A stretch of DNA of 64,000 bases from an uncultured Candidatus Saccharibacteria bacterium (GTDB lineage Bacteria > Patescibacteriota > Minisyncoccia > UBA9983): NCBI GenBank assembly GCA_964372755.1, contig CAYJQX010000001.1:107382-171381 (forward strand), in the 5' to 3' direction. Of the stretch, positions 39,529 to 48,535 are shown piece after piece; the stretch's first letter is position 1, and each line of letters starts with the position of its first letter. The notes beneath the pieces were generated by a model. That model did not search any database and was not told the origin of the DNA. It saw only the letters and a program-made list of their open reading frames with translations. Made by a program: the position numbers and the translations under genes.

Positions 39529-40848
39529 ATGAAGGAAGAATTAAAAAAAGGAGAAAATGTTCTTAAAGAAGCCAAGGCCATTCATTTTATCGGTATTGGC
39601 GGCATAGGTATTTCGGCCGTGGCGAGAATGATGATACTGGAAGGTAAAAATGTCTCTGGTTCAGACGCGAGTGAATCTATAGTGACAAAAGAGCTAAAGA
39701 AACTTGGCGCAAAGATATACAAGAGTCATAATCCGAAAAATATTTCAAAAAATATTGATCTCGTTATCTACTCTAAAGCTATTCAGGAAACTAACCCGGA
39801 GTTTGAGGAAGCGAAAAAGAGGGGACTTGCCATTATCTCTTACCCAGAATCGCTAAAAATAATTTCTAAAGATAAATACACAATTGCTATTGCTGGCACC
39901 CATGGTAAGACGACCACGACAGCTATGGTGGGCAAAATTTTGGAAGACGCAAAATTCAAGCCCACAATAATCGTGGGTAGCCTCCTCAAATCCTCCGGTA
40001 GCAATCTAAAAGTTGGCAAAAGTAAATATTTTGTGGTGGAAGCGGATGAATACAAACGGGCTTTTTTGAATCTCACGCCAAAAATTTTAATAATTACAAA
40101 TATCGAAGCCGACCACCTAGATTACTACAAAGATTTGGAAGATGTGCAAAGCGCGTTTAGGGAGCTTGTAGGAAAAATGGATAAGGATACGGTGTTGATT
40201 TGCAATACGCAAATGAAAAGTCTCCAGCCGATTATAAAAATTGCAAAATGCAAAATTTTTCACTATGGCGACGTCGGAATAGATTTACCCATAAAGGTTA
40301 TGGGTAAGCATAATTTGGAAAATGCCAAAGCTGCTTGTGCTGTTGGTATGACCTTAAATATTTCGAAAGATAAGATAGTTAAGTCATTAAAAAATTTTTC
40401 TGGCACATGGCGCAGACAAGAATATCTGGGTAAAGCCTTGTCGGGAGCGTTTGTTTACGACGATTATGCTCATCATCCAACGGAGATTGAGGCTACCCTT
40501 AACGCTTTTCGCGAGAAATTTCCCAAGAATAAAATCACGGCCGTTTTTATGCCCCATCTTTTTTCAAGGACGAAGCAGTTTTTGAAAGAATTTGGCACGA
40601 GTTTTAAGGAAGCGAGTCAGGTTGTTTTAGCTGATATTTTCCCCGCTCGCGAGGTAGACGACGGTACCATCCATTCTAAAGATTTGTTGGAAGAAATAAA
40701 ACAGTATGTGGCGGAGACTTTTTATATCGGGGATATGAGGGAAATAGAGAAATTTCTCAAAAAATATGCTAAAAAGGGAGATGTGATTTTGACCATGGGC
40801 GCGGGAGATATATATAAGGTGGCGGAGAGGTTGGTGAAAAGAAAGTAA
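39529..40848 (+). CDS. murC: UDP-N-acetylmuramate--L-alanine ligase
   Basis: IHFIGIGGIGISAVARMM N-terminus, GTHGKTTTT P-loop; the ORF extends upstream to 39445 but the start is placed at MKEEL. Confidence 0.85.
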   Translation: MKEELKKGENVLKEAKAIHFIGIGGIGISAVARMMILEGKNVSGSDASESIVTKELKKLGAKIYKSHNPKNISKNIDLVIYSKAIQETNPEFEEAKKRGLAIISYPESLKIISKDKYTIAIAGTHGKTTTTAMVGKILEDAKFKPTIIVGSLLKSSGSNLKVGKSKYFVVEADEYKRAFLNLTPKILIITNIEADHLDYYKDLEDVQSAFRELVGKMDKDTVLICNTQMKSLQPIIKIAKCKIFHYGDVGIDLPIKVMGKHNLENAKAACAVGMTLNISKDKIVKSLKNFSGTWRRQEYLGKALSGAFVYDDYAHHPTEIEATLNAFREKFPKNKITAVFMPHLFSRTKQFLKEFGTSFKEASQVVLADIFPAREVDDGTIHSKDLLEEIKQYVAETFYIGDMREIEKFLKKYAKKGDVILTMGAGDIYKVAERLVKRK

Positions 40849-40865
40849 CTTTGTTAGACATTTTG

Positions 40866-40890
40866 TTAGACACTCGGTGTTTAACAATTA
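40866..40890. repeat. palindrome GTTAGACACTCGGTGTTTAAC (copy 2), preceded by a direct TTGTTAGACA repeat; overlaps the -35 region of the tRNA promoter
   Basis: same element as 24103-24127; TATAAT lies 12 nt upstream of tRNA-Arg. Confidence 0.55.
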
Positions 40891-40909
40891 ACAAAAGTTA
40901 TAATGGTTG

Positions 40910-40981
40910 ACGCCCTCATAGTTCAATGGATAGAACAGTCCCGTCCTAAGGGATAGATGTAGGTTCGATTCCTACTGCGGG
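40910..40981 (+). tRNA. tRNA-Arg (anticodon CCT)
   Basis: manual fold: D-arm GTTC/GAAC, anticodon arm GTCCC-GTCCTAA-GGGAT, T-arm GTAGG-TTCGATT-CCTAC; one acceptor mismatch. Confidence 0.8.
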
Positions 40982-40997
40982 CATGGAGATGTTGATA

Positions 40998-41068
40998 GCG
41001 GGCCTATAGTTCAACGGTAGAATGCCTCCATGGCATGGAGGAGGTTGGAGTTCGATTCTCCATAGGTC
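40998..41068 (+). tRNA. tRNA-Ala (anticodon GGC) with G3:U70
   Basis: manual fold: acceptor GGGCCTA/TAGGTCC, anticodon arm CCTCC-ATGGCAT-GGAGG, T-arm TGGAG-TTCGATT-CTCCA. Confidence 0.85.
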
Positions 41069-41103
41069 CAACCAGATAAGAACTTTTATTTGCAATAACT
41101 TTA

Positions 41104-41517
41104 ATGAATAAAAGAAAAAAAACCATAGGATTGATATTTGGAGTTATCATTTTTTATTACGTCCTCCAATATGCTTCAAGCGCCGTTCATTATAATTGCG
41201 CGATCATTAAAGATGACTGTGTTCCGCCGATTAATGGCGCGAGTGAACTTATATATAGGGCAATTGTTCAACCGCCGTGGCTGGATCAATTTGAAATTAA
41301 ACCGACGACGTATCCTTTTAAGGATGGAAAATTCAGTTTTTGGGAAGGGGAAGTAGATGGAAAAACGGTGGTTATTAGAGTGCCTGAGGATGGTAGCCCG
41401 GTACTGCAGTGGATATTTGAAGAAGGATTACCGGGAGGAGTTCAGATTCGTCATGCTCACGGCGATCATGTTATAAAATGGTTTGAAACTCACCCCGAAT
41501 ATAAATTAGGTGGATGA
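41104..41517 (+). CDS. hypothetical membrane-anchored/secreted protein
   Basis: N-terminal TM then soluble domain, 137 aa. Confidence 0.4.
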   Translation: MNKRKKTIGLIFGVIIFYYVLQYASSAVHYNCAIIKDDCVPPINGASELIYRAIVQPPWLDQFEIKPTTYPFKDGKFSFWEGEVDGKTVVIRVPEDGSPVLQWIFEEGLPGGVQIRHAHGDHVIKWFETHPEYKLGG

Positions 41518-41640
41518 GTATTTGGACTAACTTCTAAATCCGGCTAACATATTTTAAAGTAAAGCTTTTTATTTAGTTGTGTAAAGGCAATAATCGTCTA
41601 TTATGTAAGTAATAAGAAGCCAGCTAAAACTTTTATTTTT

Positions 41641-44367
41641 TTGAATAATTCAATATCAAAGATTGACAAAGTTTTTTGGTACAGGGAAACAATCCCAAGA
41701 GTTTTAGAAATTCTTAATTCATACGAAAAAGGTTTATCTAATGAAGAAGCGCAAAGACGCCTCCGGATTTATGGACAAAACAAACTTCCAGAAGTAAAAA
41801 CCGATAGTTACTTTTTGATTTTTTTGAGGCAATTCCAAAATCCCCTCATTTATATCCTCTTTTTTGCTGCCGGTATAATTTTTGCAATCGGAGAGATCAC
41901 TGACGGCTTCATTATTTTCACGGTGCTTATTTTTAATGCGATTGTAGGTAGTATTCAGGAAGGAAAAGCTCAAAATACTTTGCTGGCCTTGAAGAAATTT
42001 ACGGAAACTTCAGCGACTGTTTTAAGGGAAGGAAAAGAAATTATAATTTCTGATACAGAAATTGTGCCCGGGGACATTATTCTTCTCCAAGAAGGAGAAA
42101 AGATTCCATCTGACGCCAGAATTATTTTTACAAACACCTTGAAAATTGACGAAGCCAGTTTGACCGGCGAATCTGGACCGGTTTCTAAGACAGAAACAAT
42201 TTTATCGTCAATAAACTCCTCATCTAAAGAGTCTATTATTCCAGTTTCTGATCAAAGAAATATGGTTTTTAAAGGAACTAACGTGTTGAGTGGCCATGGC
42301 ACTGCTTTGGTTGTGGCCACAGGCGTTAATACTGAAATTGGTAAAATAGCCAAAAAAATAAGCAAAATCGACACGGAAATACCGCTTAAAACAAATATCC
42401 GTTATCTCTCACGCATTATTATCATTACGGTGGTTGTAATTAGTCTGATATTGATTGGCTTAGGACTTTCCTCTGGTGAAAGCATAAAGGAAATGTTTAA
42501 AACAGTAGTTGCTTTGTCCGTTTCTATAATTCCCGAAGGTTTACCGATTGTGATGACATTGGTTTTGGCAACAGGCGTAAGAAGAATGTCCAAGAGAAAT
42601 GTTTTAGTGAAAAGATTACAGGCAGTAGAGGCGCTGGGGCAGACTAAGATCATTGCTGTCGATAAAACAGGCACTTTAACCAAAAATGAAATGGTTATAC
42701 AGCGTGTTTTTGTTGATGGTAAAAATTATGAAATTGGCGGAAGTGGTTATGAACCAAAGGGGGATGTTTTTTTGAATGGCGAGATAATTGACCCATTGAG
42801 CCATAATGGTTTGGTTTTAAGCGCAAAAGTGGCCGGATTTTTTACAGGAGCCAAACTTTCCTTTCTGGAATCAGAAGGAATTTGGAAGATTGCTGGTGAT
42901 CCCACGGAAGCGGCTCTTCAAGTTTTTTCCGAGAAAGTGGGATTTCAGAGAGATTTGCTGGAAAAAGAATTGCCAAAAGTTTTTGAAATCCCTTTTGACT
43001 ATAAGAAAAAATTCCATTCGGTGATTCGGCAAATGAAAGGAGAAAATTTTTTGGCTGTTACAGGCGCGCCTGAAAAAGTTTTAGATCTTTGTAAAAATAT
43101 TTGGCATGAAAAAGGGCAGGAACTATTGAATGAGGAAAAAAGAAAGGAATTAGAAATATTTTTTGATGAAATGGCCGGAAAAGGTTTTCGTCTTGTAGCT
43201 TGCGCTATAAATTCTCAAATGAAGGAAAACATAGACCTTGAAGACATTCCACCCCTTAGTTTTCTGGGACTCTTTGGGATGAAAGACGCAGTTCGTTCGG
43301 AGGTAAAAGAAGCCATACAAAAAGTACGAGAAGCAGGTATGCGTCTTGTAATGATCACGGGAGATCATCGTCTTACCGCTTATGCTGTCGCCAGAGAAGC
43401 CGGTCTTTGGCGAGAAGGAGAAAATATTTTAACTGGCGAAGAAATAGACACGATGACTGGTGAGGAACTGAAAGAAAAAATTGCTAAAACAACAGTGTTT
43501 GCCAGAGTTACCCCTGATCATAAATTAAAAATTATTCAAGCTTATCGTAATAGAGGCGAGATAGTGGCAATGACAGGGGACGGGGTAAATGATGCTCCGT
43601 CTCTTGTTGCGGCTGATCTTGGCGTGGCAATGGGTAAGATTGGCACCGAAGTAACAAAAGAGGCTTCTGATATTGTGCTTTTGGATGATAATTTTGCCAG
43701 TATTATTTCCGCGGCGGAAGAGGGGAGGGGTATATACAAAACAATAAAAAAAGTGATGCTCTATCTTTTTTCTACGAGTATGGGCGAAGTTCTTGTGATT
43801 GCCGGCTCTATTCTCTTGGATTTTCCACTCCCGCTTATTGCGGCACAGATCATATGGCTTAATTTTGTAACGGATGGCTTTCTTGATGTTGCTCTAGCGA
43901 TGGAACCAAAAGAAGAAGGATTGATGAGAGGAAAATTTGAAAAACCAAAAAAATGGATAATAGACAACTTAATGGTCAAAAGAATGTTCTTGATGTCTTT
44001 ACCGATGGCTATAGGCACTCTTTTTCTTTTTTCGAAATATTTTGAGAGCGACCTCACGAAGGCTTGGACAATTTCGCTTACAACCTTGGCTGTTTTTCAA
44101 TGGTTCAATGCTTGGAATTGTCGATCGGAGAGGGAGTCTATTTTCAGGATGAATCCCTTTTCTAATAAGTTTCTTTTAGGAGCGACATTTGTGGTAATAT
44201 CTTTGCAGATAATGGCTTTGCACCTTCCCTTTTTGCAAAGAATTTTGCATACTAAGCCACTCCTGTTGTCTGAATGGGTCGCCATTGCTTTAATAGCCAC
44301 ATCAGTTATTCTAATAGAAGAGATAAGAAAAATTTTCTCAAGAAGGAATGTCTTCAAAACTTTTTAA
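41641..44367 (+). CDS. P-type ATPase, P2-type cation (Ca2+/Mg2+-like) transporter
   Basis: DKTGTLT phosphorylation motif, TGDGVNDAPSL, 10-TM architecture, PEGLP. Confidence 0.85.
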   Translation: MNNSISKIDKVFWYRETIPRVLEILNSYEKGLSNEEAQRRLRIYGQNKLPEVKTDSYFLIFLRQFQNPLIYILFFAAGIIFAIGEITDGFIIFTVLIFNAIVGSIQEGKAQNTLLALKKFTETSATVLREGKEIIISDTEIVPGDIILLQEGEKIPSDARIIFTNTLKIDEASLTGESGPVSKTETILSSINSSSKESIIPVSDQRNMVFKGTNVLSGHGTALVVATGVNTEIGKIAKKISKIDTEIPLKTNIRYLSRIIIITVVVISLILIGLGLSSGESIKEMFKTVVALSVSIIPEGLPIVMTLVLATGVRRMSKRNVLVKRLQAVEALGQTKIIAVDKTGTLTKNEMVIQRVFVDGKNYEIGGSGYEPKGDVFLNGEIIDPLSHNGLVLSAKVAGFFTGAKLSFLESEGIWKIAGDPTEAALQVFSEKVGFQRDLLEKELPKVFEIPFDYKKKFHSVIRQMKGENFLAVTGAPEKVLDLCKNIWHEKGQELLNEEKRKELEIFFDEMAGKGFRLVACAINSQMKENIDLEDIPPLSFLGLFGMKDAVRSEVKEAIQKVREAGMRLVMITGDHRLTAYAVAREAGLWREGENILTGEEIDTMTGEELKEKIAKTTVFARVTPDHKLKIIQAYRNRGEIVAMTGDGVNDAPSLVAADLGVAMGKIGTEVTKEASDIVLLDDNFASIISAAEEGRGIYKTIKKVMLYLFSTSMGEVLVIAGSILLDFPLPLIAAQIIWLNFVTDGFLDVALAMEPKEEGLMRGKFEKPKKWIIDNLMVKRMFLMSLPMAIGTLFLFSKYFESDLTKAWTISLTTLAVFQWFNAWNCRSERESIFRMNPFSNKFLLGATFVVISLQIMALHLPFLQRILHTKPLLLSEWVAIALIATSVILIEEIRKIFSRRNVFKTF

Positions 44368-44560
44368 AGATCTCAAGCATTATGTCTCTAGCCGACCTAA
44401 AACCAGAAAAACAGTCGGAATTTTTCTGGTTGTCGTAGGTTTTTTGGCTCTCGTGACACCTCTTACTCCCGGCTCGTGGCTTATTTTTGTAGGCTTTGAG
44501 TTGCTGGGTATTCGATTCTTGTTTTTGGAAAAAATTAGAAAATGGAGAACAAAAAATTAG
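44348..44560 (+). CDS. small membrane protein (tentative)
   Basis: 70-aa ORF with two hydrophobic segments; overlaps ends of neighbours. Confidence 0.3.
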   Translation: MSSKLFKDLKHYVSSRPKTRKTVGIFLVVVGFLALVTPLTPGSWLIFVGFELLGIRFLFLEKIRKWRTKN

Positions 44561-45591
44561 AAATATATTTTCTCGCTTTTCTTATCTTGGGTGTGGCAAC
44601 ACTTTTCTTTTTTGTTTTTACGCCATTTCTTTATTCCCTTGTAATGGCTGTTGTTTTCTTTAATGTTTTTAGCCCCTTGCATCAAAAAATCCTGTCTTTT
44701 TTTAGAAACCAAGAAGGAACTTCCGCTTTTTTATCCACGATGCTTGTTTTTCTTATTGTGATAACGCCACTTTTTTTCATTTTCTTCCAGATTTTCAAGG
44801 AGGCAAGCGAACTTTATTTTTTCTTAATACAAAAAGGTGGAGCAGAGCGTTTTTCTGAAAATCTCGGCCAACACACTTTAAATTTTTTAAAAACTTTGCC
44901 TTATTCCGAAAAAATATTTCTAGACATTAATTCTTTCCTGAAAGAGGGATTGGCCTCACTTCTTTCAGGTTTAGGATCAATTTTCGCGGATGTGGCAAAA
45001 AAAACTTTAAGTCTAATCATCTCTCTTTTCGTTTTTCTCGTTACCCTTTATTATCTTTTTAAAGACGGTTCAAAACTTAAAAAATTTATTCTTCGCCTAA
45101 GCCCTCTTCACGATATTCACGACAATACTATATTCGACAAATTATCTTTAGCGATTAACTCGGTAATAAAAGGAAGCCTCGTGGTGGCTCTTGCTCAAGG
45201 TTTTCTAACCGCTCTTGGTTTTTTTATTTTCGGTGTTCCAAACTTTGTTCTCTGGGGAAGCGTCGCTTCTGTGGCGGCTTTAATTCCCGGAGTGGGTACC
45301 TCTTTGGTGATTCTTCCGGCTGTGGTCTTCTTATATTTCAAAGGCGGTTTGTTTCTTTCTCTGGGTTTGTTTCTTTGGGGGATTTTAGCTGTGGGCTTGA
45401 TTGATAATTTCTTGGGGCCAAAACTTGTGGGGAGAGGAACTCGCCTCCATCCCCTGCTGGTTCTTTTTTCGGTATTAGGTGGAGTAGCTTTTTTCGGACC
45501 TTTAGGATTTTTGCTAGGACCCCTTGTGACAAGCCTCCTTTTTGCTTTACTTGATGTTTATTTTTCTTTAAGGAATGATATTAAAACTTAA
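44542..45591 (+). CDS. AI-2E family transporter (UPF0118/PerM)
   Basis: 8-TM protein with GPKLVGRGTRLHPLLVLFSVLGG...GPLGFLLGP. Confidence 0.8.
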   Translation: MENKKLEIYFLAFLILGVATLFFFVFTPFLYSLVMAVVFFNVFSPLHQKILSFFRNQEGTSAFLSTMLVFLIVITPLFFIFFQIFKEASELYFFLIQKGGAERFSENLGQHTLNFLKTLPYSEKIFLDINSFLKEGLASLLSGLGSIFADVAKKTLSLIISLFVFLVTLYYLFKDGSKLKKFILRLSPLHDIHDNTIFDKLSLAINSVIKGSLVVALAQGFLTALGFFIFGVPNFVLWGSVASVAALIPGVGTSLVILPAVVFLYFKGGLFLSLGLFLWGILAVGLIDNFLGPKLVGRGTRLHPLLVLFSVLGGVAFFGPLGFLLGPLVTSLLFALLDVYFSLRNDIKT

Positions 45592-45710
45592 ATAATCAGG
45601 GTTCTTGAAAAAGAAAAATGTGGGTGTTAGGATAGCGAAGTCTGGTTTTTATAAATTTTGTTGATATAAAAAGTTACTAACTGTTTGCTTTTTCCGTTCT
45701 ACATATAGAA

Positions 45711-46454
45711 ATGCCAGAGAGAGATAAAAATTTTTCCAATAAAGATAATCTGCCAAAACACATTGCCATCATTCCAGATGGCAACAGACGTTGGGCAAAG
45801 ACTTTGGGCAAAGGCTCCTCTTTTGGACACGAAAAAGGAGTAGAAATTTTGGAGAAAATTACCAATGAGGCCTTTAGTTTAGGCATTACCCATCTTACTG
45901 CCTGGGGTTGTTCTGTTTCGAACATTTCGGGCAGACCCAAGGCAGAAGTTGTTTTCCTCTATAGACTTTTCAAAAGAATGTTTGGCGAGCTCTTAAAAGA
46001 AAAAAAGATAGACGAAAATGAGACAAGGGTGGAAATTTTAGGAAGATGGCGGGAAAAATTCCCCAAACCTCTTGTCAGCGTAATGGAGAAAGTCATAAAA
46101 AAAACTGCCCGATACTCCAAAAAAAGACTAACTTATTTGATGGCCTATGATGGAAGGGATGAAATGGCGGAAGCAATAAAGAAAATCTCACGGCAATATT
46201 TGAAAGCTTTTAAATCTTCACCGAATATCTCTTATGACTCAATTAAACAAAATCTCTGGACTCACGATTTGCCTCCAGTTGATTTAGTTATCAGGACAGG
46301 AGGTGAGCCCCATTGGTCGGCTGGTTTTATGATGTGGGATACGGCCGAATCGCAATTTTATTTTACGGAAAAATACTGGCCGGAATTTGAAGTGGCGGAA
46401 TTTCATAAGGCGCTTCACTCTTATGCACAGAGAGAAAGACGGATGGGTAAATAA
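45711..46454 (+). CDS. uppS: isoprenyl transferase (undecaprenyl diphosphate synthase)
   Basis: HIAIIPDGNRRWAK, cis-IPPS fold motifs. Confidence 0.9.
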   Translation: MPERDKNFSNKDNLPKHIAIIPDGNRRWAKTLGKGSSFGHEKGVEILEKITNEAFSLGITHLTAWGCSVSNISGRPKAEVVFLYRLFKRMFGELLKEKKIDENETRVEILGRWREKFPKPLVSVMEKVIKKTARYSKKRLTYLMAYDGRDEMAEAIKKISRQYLKAFKSSPNISYDSIKQNLWTHDLPPVDLVIRTGGEPHWSAGFMMWDTAESQFYFTEKYWPEFEVAEFHKALHSYAQRERRMGK

Positions 46455-46793
46455 TTGTTAGGATTAAAAATCATGGATGAAGAACTAAAGGCGTTGATGA
46501 AAAGAGATGTGGAAATCTCCGAAGAGTCTCTCAAAATCTTGCGGTCTATGCGCCGAGCCCAAAGGATTGGCACTATTTTTACGGCGATAAAATGGGTATT
46601 TATCATTGCTGTAACCGTGGGTTCTTATTACATTGTCCAACCATTTCTTGAAAAAGGGCTGGAGGCGATAGTTGATCCGGCCGGACTCCTAAATTCTCAA
46701 GGGCAAGGAATTTTAAACCCGAGCAGTCTGAATGCTGATACATTGGAGAAATTGAAGGAGGTTCTTTTGAAGAATGGAAATCTAGGACGTTGA
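46455..46793 (+). CDS. hypothetical membrane protein
   Basis: 112 aa, one TM. Confidence 0.4.
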   Translation: MLGLKIMDEELKALMKRDVEISEESLKILRSMRRAQRIGTIFTAIKWVFIIAVTVGSYYIVQPFLEKGLEAIVDPAGLLNSQGQGILNPSSLNADTLEKLKEVLLKNGNLGR

Positions 46794-46820
46794 CCGAAGA
46801 TACTTTTTTGGGCTATGATT

Positions 46821-46845
46821 AAGGCCGGGTAGGGCCTTTTTGTTT
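46821..46845 (+). terminator. rho-independent terminator (AAGGCC-GGGTAG-GGCCTT-T5GTTTT)
   Basis: GC stem plus T-run. Confidence 0.6.
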
Positions 46846-46864
46846 TGTGGGGAAGTAATTTTTA

Positions 46865-46925
46865 GCCATGGTAGCTCAGTGGTACCCGCCCGAACGACTG
46901 AAGTCGTTCAGTCGGGCGGGGAGCG
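46865..46925 (+). pseudogene. tRNA-Phe 5' fragment (positions 1-26) carrying a 36-nt GC-rich hairpin in the D-loop
   Basis: GCCATGGTAGCTCAGTGGTA identical to the 5' end of the intact tRNA-Phe at 47180, then CCCGCCCG-AACGACTGAAGTCGTTCAGT-CGGGCGGG, then GAGCG; no anticodon arm follows. Confidence 0.6.
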
Positions 46926-47179
46926 TGCCCTTACACTCTTGCATATATATACGGTGTACGTCTTGAGTGATAATATCGGCAAACTGTACAAGGGGATGGA
47001 CCCATGGGCCTTGCGCGGCGGCTCCGTGAACACCGCCACTGGGCGCACAAGAACAACGGCTCAGATGACAGGTTTGAGGGTCATTCACAAGGAGATTTCC
47101 TCCTCTGTTCGAGAGGCCTCGCGCAAGAGAAAAGTACCTTGAGACAGCAGCGGGGCTAAAAGTTTTTGGAAAAAATTTT

Positions 47180-47254
47180 GCCATGGTAGCTCAGTGGTAG
47201 AGCGCATCCCTGAAGAGGATGGCGTCGGGTGTTCGATTCACCCCCGTGGCACCA
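47180..47254 (+). tRNA. tRNA-Phe (anticodon GAA), CCA encoded
   Basis: manual fold: GCCATGG-TA-GCTC-AGTGGTA-GAGC-G-CATCC-CTGAAGA-GGATG-GCGTC-GGGTG-TTCGATT-CACCC-CCGTGGC-A-CCA. Confidence 0.9.
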
Positions 47255-47256
47255 AG

Positions 47257-47335
47257 CCTGAAGAGGATGGCGTCGGGTGTTCCCCGCCCGCATGACTCGC
47301 GTCAGCGTGTCGGGCGGGGATTCACCCCCGTGGCA
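47257..47335 (+). repeat. partial direct duplicate of tRNA-Phe (positions ~30-73) with a 38-nt GC-rich hairpin inserted in the T-loop
   Basis: CCTGAAGAGGATGGCGTCGGGTGTT-[CCCCGCCCG...CGGGCGGGG]-ATTCACCCCCGTGGCA immediately after the intact tRNA. Confidence 0.65.
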
Positions 47336-47354
47336 TTTTGTTTATTATTAATAT

Positions 47355-47390
47355 CAAAAAAGACCAATTTTTAGGTTGGTCTTTTTTGGT
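47355..47390. terminator. bidirectional terminator (AAAGACCAA-loop-TTGGTCTTT)
   Basis: 9-bp stem flanked by A- and T-runs between the tRNA-Phe cluster (+) and hsp20 (-). Confidence 0.65.
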
Positions 47391-47846
47391 TTATTCATTT
47401 TTTATTTTTAGTCTTTGCACTCTTTCTTTGTCCAGTTTTTGCACTCGCACGGTAAGCATGCCGTTTTTCATGGTTGCCTCGGCTTCATCGGGGTCTACTT
47501 CTTGAGGCAGAAGAAGGGTTCGTCCAAAATTTCCCCAATAGAGTTCCCTTTCAAAAAAATCGCCGTCGTCCACCCTTCGAGTGTCCATCCTTTTGCCTTT
47601 TATAGTTACCATATCTTGAGTGATTGAGACATCCAAATCTTCCATTCTGGCGCCTGCCACCATGGCTTGCACAACTATCTCTGTTGCTGTTTGATATGCG
47701 TCCACCGAAAGCTGGCCTTCTTCCAAATCTTCTTCGGCCTCTTTAAGGAGAGATCGCTCTCCTTTTTTCATAGGGGTTAATTCTTCTTCTGGTTCTTCTC
47801 TGTAGCTTCCTGTCAAACGCTCAAAAAAAGATCTTTTTTCTTTCAT
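47391..47846 (-). CDS. Hsp20/alpha-crystallin family small heat-shock protein
   Basis: alpha-crystallin domain ...GKRMDTRR...GMLTVRVQK; start placed at MKEKRSFF. Confidence 0.85.
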   Translation of the reverse strand: MKEKRSFFERLTGSYREEPEEELTPMKKGERSLLKEAEEDLEEGQLSVDAYQTATEIVVQAMVAGARMEDLDVSITQDMVTIKGKRMDTRRVDDGDFFERELYWGNFGRTLLLPQEVDPDEAEATMKNGMLTVRVQKLDKERVQRLKIKNE

Positions 47847-48535
47847 GTTTTTATTCTTTTTATTTTTTCGTATAAAAAGATGATAACAACAATAAAGACC
47901 CAAAGGGGGATCAAAATTTTTAAGATATCATCTGGTTCGCTATTAAGTATAAGGAAATTAAAACAGAAGTGCAAAGCTGTGGATAGAACAAGACCGCCCA
48001 AAACATTGCGAATCATTTTTTCTTTATGGAAAAAAGCATAAGCAATGCTGGCTCCTAAGATGCTTGAGGCAACCACATGGAGAAGGGTGGCACCGAGAAA
48101 GCGAAGATTTCCTGTAACAATAGTAGCTATCGTGCCAGAAGTGCCAAAAGCTTTTAAAAGAAACAAGATATTTTCAGCGGAAGCAAAACCGAGTGCCGCA
48201 GTGGTCATATAAACAAGAGCGTCTATGGGTTCGTCAAAAGCTTTTTTATTCAAGCCGGATTTTCGCGCCGCTAAATATTTAAAAATCTCTTCAATTAAAG
48301 ACCAGGACAGGAGCAAAGCTATAATATTCCCCGTGATAAGTTTTACAGAATACTCAAAAGGGATAGCCAAAATGGCGGCAATTATTCCATAGACAAAAGC
48401 AAGGAAAATAAGCTTTTTAGGTTCCGGACGAGCGTCTTCACGGAGCCAAAACCATAGCCAAAAAAGAGGAGGGAGAAAACCGAAAATCAAAGAAAGCCAA
48501 AGACCACTGCTGGTGATACTTTCTAAATAGGCCAT
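47843..48535 (-). CDS. PrsW-family intramembrane metalloprotease (tentative)
   Basis: polytopic; EE..K, FASAEN and H...S motifs characteristic of PrsW. Confidence 0.6.
   Translation of the reverse strand: MAYLESITSSGLWLSLIFGFLPPLFWLWFWLREDARPEPKKLIFLAFVYGIIAAILAIPFEYSVKLITGNIIALLLSWSLIEEIFKYLAARKSGLNKKAFDEPIDALVYMTTAALGFASAENILFLLKAFGTSGTIATIVTGNLRFLGATLLHVVASSILGASIAYAFFHKEKMIRNVLGGLVLSTALHFCFNFLILNSEPDDILKILIPLWVFIVVIIFLYEKIKRIKT

Noticed and set aside
46840-47184. Track ORFs 46840-47142 (+) and 46876-47184 (-)
   Set aside because: They lie over tRNA-Phe fragments and a GC-rich structured region; translations are low-complexity Ala/Arg/Gly-rich, typical of GC-rich non-coding DNA.
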